A stretch of DNA of 64,000 bases from Macrostomum lignano (lineage: Eukaryota): contig NIVC01001377.1 of assembly GCA_002269645.1 (NCBI GenBank), positions 124,001-188,000 on the forward strand, in the 5' to 3' direction. The notes below the pieces were generated by a model. That model made no database searches. It had not been told where the DNA came from and saw only the letters and a program-made list of their open reading frames with translations. Of the stretch, positions 12,801 to 25,200 are shown one piece after another. The position numbers and the translations under genes are program-made. The first letter of the stretch is position 1, and every line of letters starts with the position of its first letter.

Positions 12801-14747
12801 GCCATCAGCAGGATCCCCGGGCTGCGCGATGCCAGCAAGAAGCAGAGCAAGATCATCCCGCTGGTGAGTGGGGCTGCGTGAACCCTGGCGCACTGTAAGC
12901 GACATTGTCGCACAACCGGCGAGAGGCATTGCTGCCCATTCTGCCGACTCTCCTGAGCAAGCGCACAAGCGCACGAATACGTACTGCCTCTCCGCCTTGG
13001 GGGTTGGCCCTCAAGGGCATTAATTCCACGAGCAGTAGTTCGCATACCGTCACCAGATCTCACGTTTCTGACTGAGAGCAACTATCGTGTCTCAGTTGAA
13101 TGATACGCAAATTCTCCACACTTCCCAGGTGCGCCCGGTTCCTCCAGGACACCTGGCCGTTGACACGAGCCACATCCCTCACGTGGTCGATCCTTATTTA
13201 GACTGCGCCGAAACCGAGCAGTGGAAGCCGCTGGACCAGTTCCGAGCCATGATGGAGCGCCCGGAGCGGGCCCAGCAGTTCACGCCGCGCTGGCTCGGCG
13301 TCACCGGCGACGACCACGCGCCAAGCGTCGGCGAGTACGAAGTCTACCTTCGCGAGGGCACCGGCTTCATTTTCTACGGCATGGAGCGATTCCTGGCCCA
13401 CGTGCCGCCACACGCGGTGGCCAGTCTGGGCCTGACCGACTGCCGCCTGGTGGCCCTGTTCGACATGGCCCAGACCAGCCAGAGCTTCCTGCGGCAGAGC
13501 AAAATCGACGTTGTGAAGCGCAGCGACCAGCTCAGACTGGAGAAACCGGTGGAGACGGCCCTGCTGATGACTCTGGCCGGGGTGCCCGCCCTGTGCTGCC
13601 ACCAGTGGGCCAGCACGCTGAAGGAGAACGCCAGTCGGCTGGGCACTTTTCTGCCAGGTGCGTTGCTTCTTTGCAGCGAGAGGCTGCCTCTCAGCTTTTT
13701 ATTAGAGGCAGAGAGCTGTGTGGGCGCACTTAAGCGAAATTGTCACACAACCGACGAGAGGCATGACTTCCAATTCCTCTGATTTCCTTCAGTAGACACA
13801 CACTCACACAAGAGTGTACAGCGGCTCTAAGTTTTTAATCGTTAGTATTAATAATAATAATTGATTGCACCTGCCCCAATGGGCAGATGTACAACCGACA
13901 GCTCAGCCGCGGCTCATCTGAAGGCCTTGGCTTATCTCTTTCTGATATTTATTAGAAGCAGGGGCTGCGTGCACCCTAGCGCACTTCAAGGGACTCCTTC
14001 TGTAGGTACACAGTCACAGGAGTGTACAAGCGACAGGATCGGAAATCAAACCCCCAACATTTCAGTCGTGAGTCTGACGCTCTATAAAACTACTAGACTA
14101 CAACCCCTTTACGCTACATCTGTACGTTAGGCAAATAAACTTGACGTTAACAACACGAGCAGAGCTAAGCCAAGATTCCAATTTAATCCCAAATTAATGT
14201 GGTTAAATTTATTTGTGGCACTTGGACTCGATCCTGGGCCTCTGGCACATCAGAGCGCCGCGTCAGACCACTGGGCTACGTGTCCCCCTGTATCCATGGA
14301 ATAGAAATGCTATTTACCTCTTATATCCTTCTATATAACAGTGAAGCAAAGCTAACAACTCCCCAAACTCGGCTTCGAAACCCCTCAGACGTGCTCGAGG
14401 GCGGCAAGACGGTGGGCCAAGCCGTCAACTTTGTCTACGAGCCGTACAAGCGCGCCAACACCGAGGATTCCGCAGCTCCAGCTTCTGACGAGCCTGCGGC
14501 CCCTGCAACTGGCGAGGCGATCAATGGTGACGCAGCCGCAGCAGCCGCTGAAGTGCCTGACGGTCAGGCTCTGCAGGATGCCGCGACAGCTACTAGCGCG
14601 GATGCTGGAATAGCGATGACGGAGACGGCAGCTGGAGCTGCAGCCACCGACGGCTCCGAGGCGGATGCGGCCGCAGCGAACCGGACGTCATTCAACATGA
14701 TTCTGTACGGCCTGCCGAACATTCTCGTCACCCTGATTGACAAGTGA
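9831..14747 (+). CDS. CFAP46: Cilia- and flagella-associated protein 46 (TTC40), 3' part. Exons approx 9831-10069, 10304-10489, 10668-10916, 11061-11214, 11594-11829, ~12478-12863, 13129-13657, 14389-14747
   Basis: GC-rich exons bounded by GT/AG encode MALQHSPDCRYLY, LLIDPNLAELPLEAL...SRDFSLQL, VVDPY, FIFYGMERFL, LEKPVETALLMTLAGV...HQW and FNMILYGLP, matching my recollection of the CFAP46 C-terminus. Most checked junction phases agree. The 10489/10668 junction does not, and the 9831 and 12478 boundaries are uncertain. Confidence 0.78.
10086..10285. repeat. Intronic CCCACGCA-type (12-bp) repeat
   Basis: Fills the intron between donor 10070 and acceptor 10303. Confidence 0.9.
11232..11590. repeat. 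Intronic repeats: 15-bp CTGGTGCTGGCGCCC x~17, then ~19-bp CTCAAATGAACGGCAGCC x~5
   Basis: Lies between donor 11215 and acceptor 11593. The overlapping ORFs are repeat translations. Confidence 0.92.
13868..14101 (-). mobile_element. Degenerate tRNA-derived SINE, same family as 51180..51460, in a CFAP46 intron
   Basis: Shares ATGGGCAGATGT(A/G)CAACCGACAGCTCAGCCGC and AACCCCCAACATTT...GTCGTGAGTC...ACTAG(A/G)CTACAACCCC with the 51 kb copy. Confidence 0.65.
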
Positions 14748-16579
14748 CCTTCCGAGGAGCGGAGCTGGGGCGTATTTGTATAATAAATAAGATTTGCAGA
14801 AGCCCATTTGAATTTAATGATTTGCGACAGAGACCAATGCTAGCTGTGGAAGATGCACAATAAGTGCATTCAGAATACATTAAGAATATTTGTACTTGTA
14901 AGGCCAGCTTGTTTTATTCCTGGATATCGAAGTTTTCTAGCCTTTAAAAAAAATAAATTGTCCGATTTTATATTTAAGAGATTAAGTTCTCATAAGCCGG
15001 CTCAGTTGGCAATGAGGATTTCGATGTCAGACATTAAAAGGTATGAGAGCGTATTGCTCCAGTGTAAACGTTACCGTGACAATAATCGCTATACCGTCAT
15101 TGCAAAAAGAGTCGCTAAAGATTCGTTCTGTTACACTTGACTTTGTACTAACTATTACTAGACTATACGGGGCTTGTACAAATACAGTTTTTATAAATGC
15201 GAAATGGGATTCTAATTCAAAAGTGACGCAGGTGCGCTTGAGACGCAACTCAGTGATTCTAAAGCGACTCTGGCACGGCGCAGATACGACTCTACGGCCC
15301 CTGAGTCGTTACAGAAACGCACAGGGTCACTTGCATCGCTCTAGAGTCTCAGACCATAAAACGCCTCGAACCGACTCCGGGGTCAATCTTTGACCTCTTA
15401 ACGACTTTCAGTGTAGCATCTAGTAGTTTTAGAGTCGTTTTCATCTGGATAGAATTAATGCTTAGCATATTCTACAATGAGACTGCAGGAAACTAAAAAA
15501 TGCGTCTTGCGATTGCGAAGCACAAGCTCGTCAATGCATTAGAGACACAGCTGCCTAGCAGGGTTGGTTAGAGTGGCTTCTAATCTATAAAATTTTCATT
15601 TTCATACTAGGCTTTTTAGTTCGCGATTGACTTTCAATTAACGCAACGATGCGTTCTAGGAAGAGATGCGCTTACTTAAGTGGTGCATTGTCAGCTCACC
15701 AGTTTATGGAAACACGAAAGGCTCGCATTTTTTGCATCTTCGATTAACGCAAAATTGAAAAAAAGCAGCTAAAAGCTCCTAAGAGTCTAGTTGATATGCT
15801 CAAGTGAGAAATCTTTTTCAGCAAATGGGTAGGGTGATTTGATACAAATAGAAATCACTTCATTTCCTTTAAAAATGCTTTGCTTGTTGCTTTGTTTGAG
15901 GTGTCGTTGTGAGTCCTTGTAGCAACCGCTTTCATAAAGCCGAAATTTCACAAAGCCGAAATTTCACAAAGCCCAAAAATGCACAGCACCAACATTTCAC
16001 AAAACTCGAATTTCACATGTCTCACAAGCTACATGCAACATTTCACATGTCACTGCTGCAGAAGATGCGGCAATAGAGACACGCCTCATGGTTATGGCTC
16101 CTTTGTGTTTGGCTCCTGGGTCTACGTGAGCAGGCAGCGCTCATTTTTGTGGACTGTCTGAGCAATGCCAACAGATTATCTACTTTTTAAACTTTCTTCG
16201 AATGTCCTAGCCTTCACTTTTAACAACTGTATTTGACGAGACGAGAGAACCTTTTATTCAGTCGCCAAGCCTTCCTTGGTGCATAAGAGAACTGTGTCTG
16301 TTAGTCTCTGCACAAATCATCTGTAATGAACCGTCCTTGTAAGACAACAAGTTGAACACATCAGCTGTTTTCCAGGTGCTTCAACAGTCTTTAACTGTAA
16401 GCGTCAAACTTTTTTATTTTATTTGAAATCCAAGATATCTGAACCGCAGATTTCAAAGTGGAACTGAAAGCCGAAGTAAACAACAGGCTTGTAACATAAT
16501 TAGTGCGTGATTCAGTTTTGAACTTCCGCCTATCAACCGACCATTAACTTCAGTCGGCGTTTCTTCATTTTCACTCTCT

Positions 16580-17348
16580 TCACAGCTTCATCCAGACGTG
16601 CTCAACTTCACTGGCCACCTCGGCGGGCACAGCGAAGAACTTCAGCAGGCGGCACACGCGGCTCAAGGCCACGAAGGCGCAGCCAAGGCAGTCCGGGCTG
16701 CGCTGGCAGGCGGTAGCGCACTGGATGGCGGTGCCCGTCACCGTGGAGCTGTGGGTGATGGAGCCGTACGAGGAGTTGGTGGAGATGCTGGGAACGGAGG
16801 CAATCGGCAACTTCGTCAGCTTCGATCCAGCTGTGGGTGGGGTTGGAATAAGACTTTCTCAAACCACTGATTGACTCACACCTGCAGCAGACTGAATCTG
16901 CCGCTCATCTTACTCGGTGGGTAGGTGACTTCGTAAATCGAGTTTCTCATTGCGCTGCCGCACACCTGCAGCAAGTTGCCATGAAAACTGGAATCGCATT
17001 CCTCCTCCGCCGCTTTGCCGAAGGATCCGATGGTTGAGCTGCAGCCGCAGAAGAAAAAGTACTGAGTGCCGAGCCGAAGTAGCGGAACCGACCGTAGGAG
17101 CAAATCTGGTTGCACAGCTCCAGAGTCATTGTGGATCGGCCTTCAACGAAGCCCGGAGAAAATGTTGACATTTCGTAGGGGCCATAGTGAAAAATTCCTA
17201 AAAGTCCTTTGAGATCGCGACTGTCGCCGTCTTTATAGCAGCCAACGTAGCGAAACTCGAGTGGCTGGACGGGCACGGAAGCCGCGCAGCCTTGAAGGCT
17301 CGCCCACATCAGGGCGAGGCAAACAGCGAGGCCGTTTGACAGCCGCAT
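16580..17348 (-). CDS. Secreted WSC-domain protein with a C-terminal PAN/apple-like Cys domain. Exons 17348-16914 and 16830-16580; one frameshift near 17080
   Basis: Signal-like MRLSNGLAVCLALMWASLQGCAA; WSC motifs YVGCYKD...MTLELCNQIC..GRFRYFG and, after a frameshift, VCGSAMRNSIY. An 83-nt phase-1 intron (GTAAGA...CACAG) leads to QCATACQRSPDCLGCAF...CRLL. Confidence 0.75.
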
Positions 17349-18855
17349 GTCGTCAATGTGCTTTGAATATTTAAAACAGAAGTTCACTGGCTTGATTAGT
17401 CAGGATCGGCTTTCGGAGCGCTTGGGAGTAAATGCATTTCTAATCTGCTTGTCGCATTTATTGCTCTCCGGTTGCCTTGGAAACGAATTTTTTCTCTCCA
17501 TTTTGTTTAAATCTCTGCTTGCCTTGATTAGAGATTGGCTGTGCGAATAAAATTCAATTTAGAGACAGAAGATGGTGATGGAATGGTGCAGAGCCGTTTC
17601 GTTGTGCAGATGAGGAGCTGCTATTTTATGTCTCTCCAGTGTCGCCCTGGTTTAAAAAACAAGCATTGCTCTCAGGCACGTCTTCGCTGGCAGACCGAGC
17701 TCAGTGGCTGATTAGTGAGCTGCATGTTGAACGTCTCTTCACTCGACGTCAGTTGGGATCATCTACAAGCTTGATCAACCATTAACCCGACTGCCGCAGT
17801 AACGTTTTACGACTAACTACTTTCAGTAGTTTCCAATGGGTAAAGAGTTTCAAATAGGAGAAAAGACTTACGAGTTCGAAATTAATTTAGAAAGCTCGAA
17901 TCAGCTAGCAAAGAGAAGATCAGGGCGCCCTGAGCAAAAACATCCCTTCAAACTGCCTGCCTGACTCAGAGAATCTGCTGACAGGCCCGTGGAAGACAAC
18001 CGATCAACTGGGGTCGTTTCTCGAGCCCATAACTTCACAACGTTTAAACCAGAACCTTTAGTAAAACCTAAATTTCCTGATGCATAATTGTCACGTCGAA
18101 GATAAGCAATGCAGCAGATTTTACACCTACAATTTACAAGCCTAAATTTCACGACGCCTAAAAGGTATGCACAGAAGTTGCAAGCTCTAAATTTCATGAG
18201 CCATAAATATCATAACGCTGAAACAAAATCTGCGTCTGATGTCACAACACCTAAATTTCACGAGCCCTAAATTCCACAAGCCCTAAATTTCAAAAACCTA
18301 AAATCATTGCTTCTCTTCTTCACATCCATCTGCACCTGCACCTGTCTCCAACTCTATGGTTGGGCTGCATCCAACTCAGCCTCCATCTGCACCTGCACCT
18401 GTATCTAACTGTATGGTTGGGCTGCATCCAACTCAACCAATGCAACTCCGCTACGCTTGCCAGAGCAGTGCGGACACCCCTAGCAACTGGCTAGTTCAGT
18501 GCTTTCGGGTTACACTTCATCAGAGGCTGCAACCCCACTCTAAACACTGCGAGTGAGTGCTTTTGTCAAGGAGAGGCGTTTAGAAAATGTTATAAAGAAG
18601 GAGCGGTCTCTCGATCATCTACTTGACTAAAGCTCAATTTCGGTCTACAAATCCAAACCTACAATTGTTTCATGATCAGGACTCAAATTCACCGGAGACC
18701 GATGGGACTGAACACAATAGAGACAAGCAAGACCATCGGTATGCTCGTAGTCGGGAAATTGGAAAAAATACCGAGACAGATCGATGTGTAACAACCGTTA
18801 CTAACAGACACGCCTCAGCCATAAGAGTGAAGACAAAGACGTAACAAAGGCAATA

Positions 18856-18990
18856 GAGAGAGGAGAGGAGCGAAGAGGAGAGGAGAGGAGAGGAGAGGAG
18901 AGGAGAGGAGAGGAGAGGAGAGGAGAGGAGAGGAGAGGAGAGGAGAGGAGAGGAGAGGAGAGGAGAGGAGAGGAGAGGAAAGGAGAAGAG
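18856..18990. repeat. (GGAGA)n microsatellite
   Basis: Pure pentanucleotide run. Confidence 0.95.
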
Positions 18991-19864
18991 AGTAATTCCG
19001 TTCTATCAGCCTCCTAATGATGGAGATGATTTGTGACGATATTGGATGGGGCAAAAGGAAGGAAGAGGGGGAAGGGGCTTCGTGTCCCGCTCCCGTGGTG
19101 GCTGATGATCGGCTCCAGCAAATTGCAATAACTTGGGGGATCTGTAGCAGCCTCCTGGCATCCCGGATGTCCGGCTGAAGTTCGCACTGGATTGTTCACT
19201 CAGAAACTGAATGGCGGATGAGACTGCATTGGCGTTTGTTTAACGCTGCGAATGTCTTCGATTCTACTGACAGTAGCAGACTGCGGAAACTGATTTTCTA
19301 TGCATGTTTTATTGTTTGGGCAGAACATACGAGCTAACAGTAGCGAGTTGAAAAGATACCGAGTGCAGCGCTAAACATATGAGTCAATGAAATTTGAATA
19401 GCAATGGGAGATTTCAGGAGAGAGGAGAGGGAGACACTGGGAGCGTTTAGGCTGTCAGTCACTGATTGTTCATGAGGGTTTTCCAGGATCATGCCGACAA
19501 CTGCTGCCTGTACATTTGGCTTGAATATTTCAATAAACAGCATTGGCAATCGGCTATTGAAGTCCGCAGAACAAAATCGCAGAGAAAAGCCCGCATTAAA
19601 GCAGAGGCGCAGTTTGAAAGGAAAAAGCAATTCATCATGCAGTGCGAATTGAATTGCAGCACAAATGTACAAAACTGCAGTTCATAGCAGGAGTTGAGAT
19701 GTAGAGGTGATTCCAGGTGTTTTCATGCGAAATCCAGAGAAGCCTCAACAATTAAGCATGCATCAGAATAAACAGTTTGAACAACTCAAAAGTAAATTGT
19801 GTCATTATCGAACACCGAACCAGACAGTCACTCTGACTCAGCCTTCCTGCTCCGACTTTAAGAC

Positions 19865-22250
19865 TCAATTTTGAGGACTCTGGCGGGCTTCATCAAGTCT
19901 CTTCAGCTTCTGCCTGACCCAGCCGATCTTCTCCTCGTCCTGTGTCTCCATGGCGACGCTTCTCTCTTTCTCGATCATCTCCATCTGCTGCAGGCTGAGC
20001 TTCACGTGCTCATGGAAGTCGCTATAGTGAGCCAGAGTGAGCAGCTCCTCCAAGTCCGGGTCTCCAAGCAGCTCTTCAATCCAAAGACCGAATGCGATTA
20101 CAGGTGCGCGATTGCGGAGCAGCTCAGCTTGGAGACTCCAGCTCAGGCAGCGGAAGTTCACGTACAGGTGGGAGGAGAGAGGCTGCGACAGTCTGGCCGT
20201 GAACAGAGTCTGCGTGAACTCGGGAAGGAATGGAAAGCGAGGCGGAGAGTCGCAGGGGAGGCAGAACCTCCACGCCCAGTCTGAGTCTGATGGCAATTCA
20301 GTAGACCTAAATTGATCTGTTTCAATATTCTGTGGCTTCAACCCTGAATCAACCTGATACTCAACCTGATGTCTCTGCAGCTCCATCGCGAGTCTTTCAG
20401 CCTCCTCAGATTCTCCGAACTTTAAATGTGTCATGGCGGTCATGCACAGGGCGGCGCACTTGCACCACTGCAGATGATGCAGGAGACTGAGCTGCCTCAT
20501 CAGGGTGTCTCTGTCGCTCGATTCCGACTGCAGCTCCCTCACACACTGGTGCACCACACTGTACACGTCTGCAAACTTGTAGTACATTTTTGGAGAATAC
20601 ATTCCTTTCCTGATCTCCGTGACAGCAGGCGGCGCTGTCAGAGGCAGCAGAGTGAACATGTGAAAGTAGAACTTCTCTGACTGCAGAGGTCTCACGAGTC
20701 TCCTCAGCTGCTCGGCCACTCCGCCGACGTCGCTTCTCAGCTCACAAAGTCGGTCTCGAACCCTGGCCTTTGTGTTGTCGAAGTCGCCGCCGATTCCAGC
20801 GTTCTTGAAGTAGAGCGGAGCGTCGGGCATGAAGAAGTGCGGCATGCACTCATCGGGCGAGCTGCTCGAGTCGATGAAGCTCAGCATCCTGTCGAGAGAC
20901 TCCTTGAGCAGAGCGATCAGATTGTGGGGCTGCCAAGCGTCAGTTTCAGGACCTGTGCCATGCTTCTCCAGCATAAAGAAGAGCAGAGTCTTTGCATGGT
21001 AGGTCTTGAGTCCAGGTGTGTCCAGAGTGTGCGGCAAGTGTCTCTTGAAGATGAACTTGATGAGTGTAAACAGCTGGCCCTGGACTGTGCTCAGCCGTCT
21101 CATGATGTATTTTTCTTGGAAGCTGAAGCTCACTCTGAGCTCGTTGGTCGAGCTCGGTCTGGTCGCCCGAACGAGGTGAACATCAGCACCGAATGGAAGC
21201 AGTTTTCTAATTCTGTCCTCACAGAAACTGCTGCAGCACTGGATCGCATGGCACGTGTCCTGTGCAGGCCGCACACCGCACGCCGTGGCTGTCACTGCAG
21301 GTTGGCTGCCTGCAGAGCGCAGTGAGCGGAAAATGGATTTGTGGGGAGTGAAAAACATGGGTTGGTTTGAAACTGCAGTTTTTCGCTTGGCTGGTTGGGA
21401 ATTTCAAGTTATATCATTAAGAAAAAAATATGAAAATTATTTAAGATATCGTTCGATTGAGGCCGTGTCATTTGATTGTCGACAAGTTATTATCAGGACT
21501 CAGTGCCCCGCAACGAGGCACCAATCAGGCAGTCAGGGCGGCTTCGGTTTATTTTGTTTGAAATTTTCCAAGTGAGAGCGGCTGCACCTCAGCAGAGCCA
21601 TGCCGCCTACCGTGGGTCACACAAGCGCCGCTGCACCCACTCTGCTACCATCGGAGCCTGTGAATTCAAAACCCAATGGCCCGGCTCAGCCAGTCGGCAT
21701 CAGAGTTTTCTTTTCAATTTCGCCTGCCGCTTGTTTCAGCACCCAAGCCGACATTCGCAGTCACAGAAGCTGCTGGAGGCTGGGCGCCACTCAGTTGCGA
21801 ATTTAAAATTGAGCAAAGTTAATGGCTTCCAGTTGCATGCGGATCTCAGCATTCTGATGATGAACCCAGCCTCACTCACCTGCTCCCGCTGTCACCTGTG
21901 CGTGGCCCTCCGTGACCAGCAGCCGAGTGGCGGCTCTGCAGGAGTCTTTCTTTGTTTTGCAGCCACCTTCCAGATGGAACTCTTGCCCAGCAACCAGCAC
22001 AGTCCAGTCAATGTCCGAGTCTGCAGCTGTCCTGCCGTTCACTTGCACCAGACTGTTGGCCCAGCCCTCTGCGTAGCTGCCCGTCATCTGCCTGCGATAG
22101 CCATCCTGTGTGAGGACTCGAGCGACTCCTTGCAGCCAGTCAGCCAGACTCTGCTGACACTTTGCTCTCTGCTCGGTGAATCCCGCATCGCTGAGCAGTC
22201 GATGAAGCTCCTCGCTCAGGCGCCTGTCTTGCTGGGAGTCGTCTGAGAGC
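19865..22250 (-). CDS. cGAS/Mab-21-like nucleotidyltransferase domain (cGLR) plus a helical C-terminal extension
   Basis: NTase core MTGSYAEG...DSDIDW and a candidate third Asp in QDTCHAIQC. Mab-21 C-lobe motifs HLVRA, ELRVSFSFQEK, LKTYHAKTLLFFMLE and CMPHFFMP. Confidence 0.88.
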
Positions 22251-25200
22251 CTGGAATGATGCGAGATGCGTGTGGGTGACTTGTTCAGAGTTGGATGGAC
22301 AAAACAAGCAGGAGAGCTGAGAGTGCAGCTGCTGCAGCACTCAGACTGGCATCTCAAGCAGGAGAGCTGAGAGTCCAACCCAATCTCAACTCTCCTGAGT
22401 TTCGCTGCAATTTCTGCCCCAAGCTGCCAGCCTGTCGGAAGGCGCAATGCGGCAGTGAAAGCTGAACCGGTCAGACTCACCGATGGAGGCCCGAATCCAA
22501 GCGGTGAGCGGCTGCCTGCCGGGCCTCTGGGCTTCTGCAATGCGGGAAGGAAAGACAAGGAAAGACTAAGTTGAGTCTGAGATTCTGATGCGGCACAAAT
22601 CACTTCATTGAGTCGGAAACTCCAATTTTTTTCACGCGTAGAGCCGAGGAGGCACAGCTTCATCAAAATACCGGCGCTTTTTCAGTTAAGAAATTCAAAT
22701 AGCGGAGAGAAGGGCGGGCAGAAGCAGATGACCGACAGAAAGCAGGCAATGAGCCAGAGAGAGCCGTTCGCCCCTGGCAATGAGCCAGAGAGAGCCGTTT
22801 GCCCCTGGCAATGAGCCAGAGAGAGCCGTTTGCCCCTGGCAATGAGCCAGAGAGAGCCGTTCGCCCCTGGCAATGAGCCAGAGAGAGCCGTTCGCCCCTG
22901 GCAATGAGCCAGAGAGAGCCGTTCGCCCCTGGCAATGAGTCAGAGAGAGCCGTTCGCCCCTGGCAATGAGCCAGAGAGAGCCATTCGCCCCTCGCAATGA
23001 GCCAGAGAGAGCCGTTCGCCCCTGGCAATGAGCCAGAGAAGCCACAAATTTAGCGCGGAACGGCCGGAGGGAGAAGCAAGAGACGGCAATGCAGACTCGT
23101 GAAAAATATCTTACAGCCCTGACTGCCCGGTATAAAAAAGTGCAAATCGCGAGTATGCTCGCTAATGGAAGCGATTGGACAATAAAGTGAAAAACTGGAA
23201 ACTGTGATTATTTTGTTTTTTACTCAAGCATTACATGCAAACAAAATATTTTTTCACATGAGCCCGCTTCACTCCTTCATTTTTTGCCATTCCGCGCTGT
23301 GGGTCACTAAAATTATCGCTTGTCTCATCCGAAAATGTAAAATTCAAAAAATCTTTCTGTGTCTTTTCTGTCTTCTCTTTCTCTTCCTTTCTTTCTTCTT
23401 AACTTTTTCCCTTGTCCCCGTGTTCGCCTCTTCTCCAAAAACCAAGCAGGCTTACATTTTATAACTGAAAAATTCTAACAAGATTTTTCTGATAAAGTTG
23501 CAGAAATGCTTCACTAAAGCACGATGCAGTACTGAAAGGATTCGCGCAATTCTCGCCTCACTCACCCCGCTCGACTGGCATCCAGCAGCCGCAGCACCTG
23601 CCACTGCTCAAATCGCTCTGCCACTTGCGCACACGTCAGACCCCGACCGTCTCGATGGCTGGCATCCGCTCCTCTGTCCATCAGAGCCTTGGCTGCTCGC
23701 ACGTGACCGGCTTCGCACGCTCGTGACAGAGCAGTCCGACCCTGACTGTCTTCAGCACGCACTGACGCACCGAGATCGATGAGTTTCTCAATGAGCTCGT
23801 GATGACCTGCATCAGCTGCCAGCATGAGAGCAGTGGCTCCAGTGCTGTCTGGCAGATCGACATGCTCTGTGCTAACTCGCTCATCATTGATCAGTGTGAC
23901 AGCAAGTGCGACGTGTCTTTGAGATATGGAGAGATGGAGCAGCTGTGTGATGTGAGCTGGCTGCATTCGAGAGAGGGTGTCGGTGAGAGCAGAGTTCCTG
24001 CCTTCGATGGCCATTGCTGCAATGAAGCTGAGGATGGTGCTGGATTGGAAGAGCCAGTCGGATTCGAGGCCGCCGAGGGAGGCAACCACATCCTCGTGAA
24101 GACGAGAGCAAGCCTTGACTGCGTATGGGAAACGGAGATTCGCTCTCTGATCCGGACTTGAGAGACACGAGATGCACCTAAAGACTTCCCACTGGCCATT
24201 TTCTGCAGCAGACTCGGCAGCGTCGATGCAGCAGCGATCTCTGTTTGCTTGTTCAGCGACTTGTGACACGAGAAACTTGACGACTTCCCACTCAAAACTT
24301 CTTGCAGCATATTTGGCAGTGTCGATGCAGAAGCGATCTCTGTTTGCTTGGTCAGCGACTTCTGGCACGAGAAACTTGACGACTTCCCACTCACGATTTC
24401 TTGCAGCAGATTCGGCAGCTTTGATGCAGCAGCGATCTCTGTTTGCTTGGTCAGCGACTTGTGACACGAGAAAATTGACGACTTCCCAATGACCATAAAA
24501 TACAGCAAGTTTGGCAGCGTCGATGCAGCACTGTTCTCTGTTTGCCTGGTCAGCGACTTGTGGCACGATAAACTTGACGACTTCCCACTCACGATTTCTT
24601 GCAGCAGATTCGGCAGCTTTGATGCAGCAGCGATCTCTGTTTGCTTGGTCAGCGACTTGTGACACGAGAAACTTGACGACTTCTAAGTGACCATTTCTTG
24701 CAGCAGGTTCGGCAACCTCGACGCAGCAGCGATCTCTGTTTGCTTGGTCAGCGACTTGTGGCACGATAAACTTGACGACTTCCCAGCCACGATTTCTTGC
24801 AGCAGATTCGGCAGCGTCGATGCAGCAGCGATCTCTGTTTGCTTGGTCAGCGACTTGTGACACGAGAAACTTGACGACTTCTAAGTGACCATTTCTTGCA
24901 GCAGGTTCGGCAGCGTCGATGCAGCAGCGATCTCTGTTTGCTTGGTCAGCGACTTGTGACACGAGAAACTTGACGACTTCTAAGTGACCATTTCTTGCAG
25001 AAGGTTCGGCAGCGTCGATGCAGCAGCGATCTCTGTTTGCTTGGTCAGCGACTTGTGACACGAGAAACTTGACGACTTCTAAGTGACCATTTGTTGCAGC
25101 AGATTCGGCAGCTTTGATGCAGCAGCGATCTCTGTTTGCTTGGTCAGCGACTTGTGGCACGAGAAACTTGACGACTTTTAAGTGACCATTTCTTGCAGCA

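Noticed and set aside
15940-18300. Clusters of (C)TAAATTTCAC / GAAATTTCAC motifs at ~15950 and ~18060-18300
   Set aside because: They may be transposon subterminal repeats, but no termini or TSD could be defined.
21170-21200. DVHLV read as a catalytic Asp-to-His substitution in the cGLR
   Set aside because: HLV better matches the downstream G-x-HLVP motif, and the Asp in QDTCHA fits the third catalytic position.
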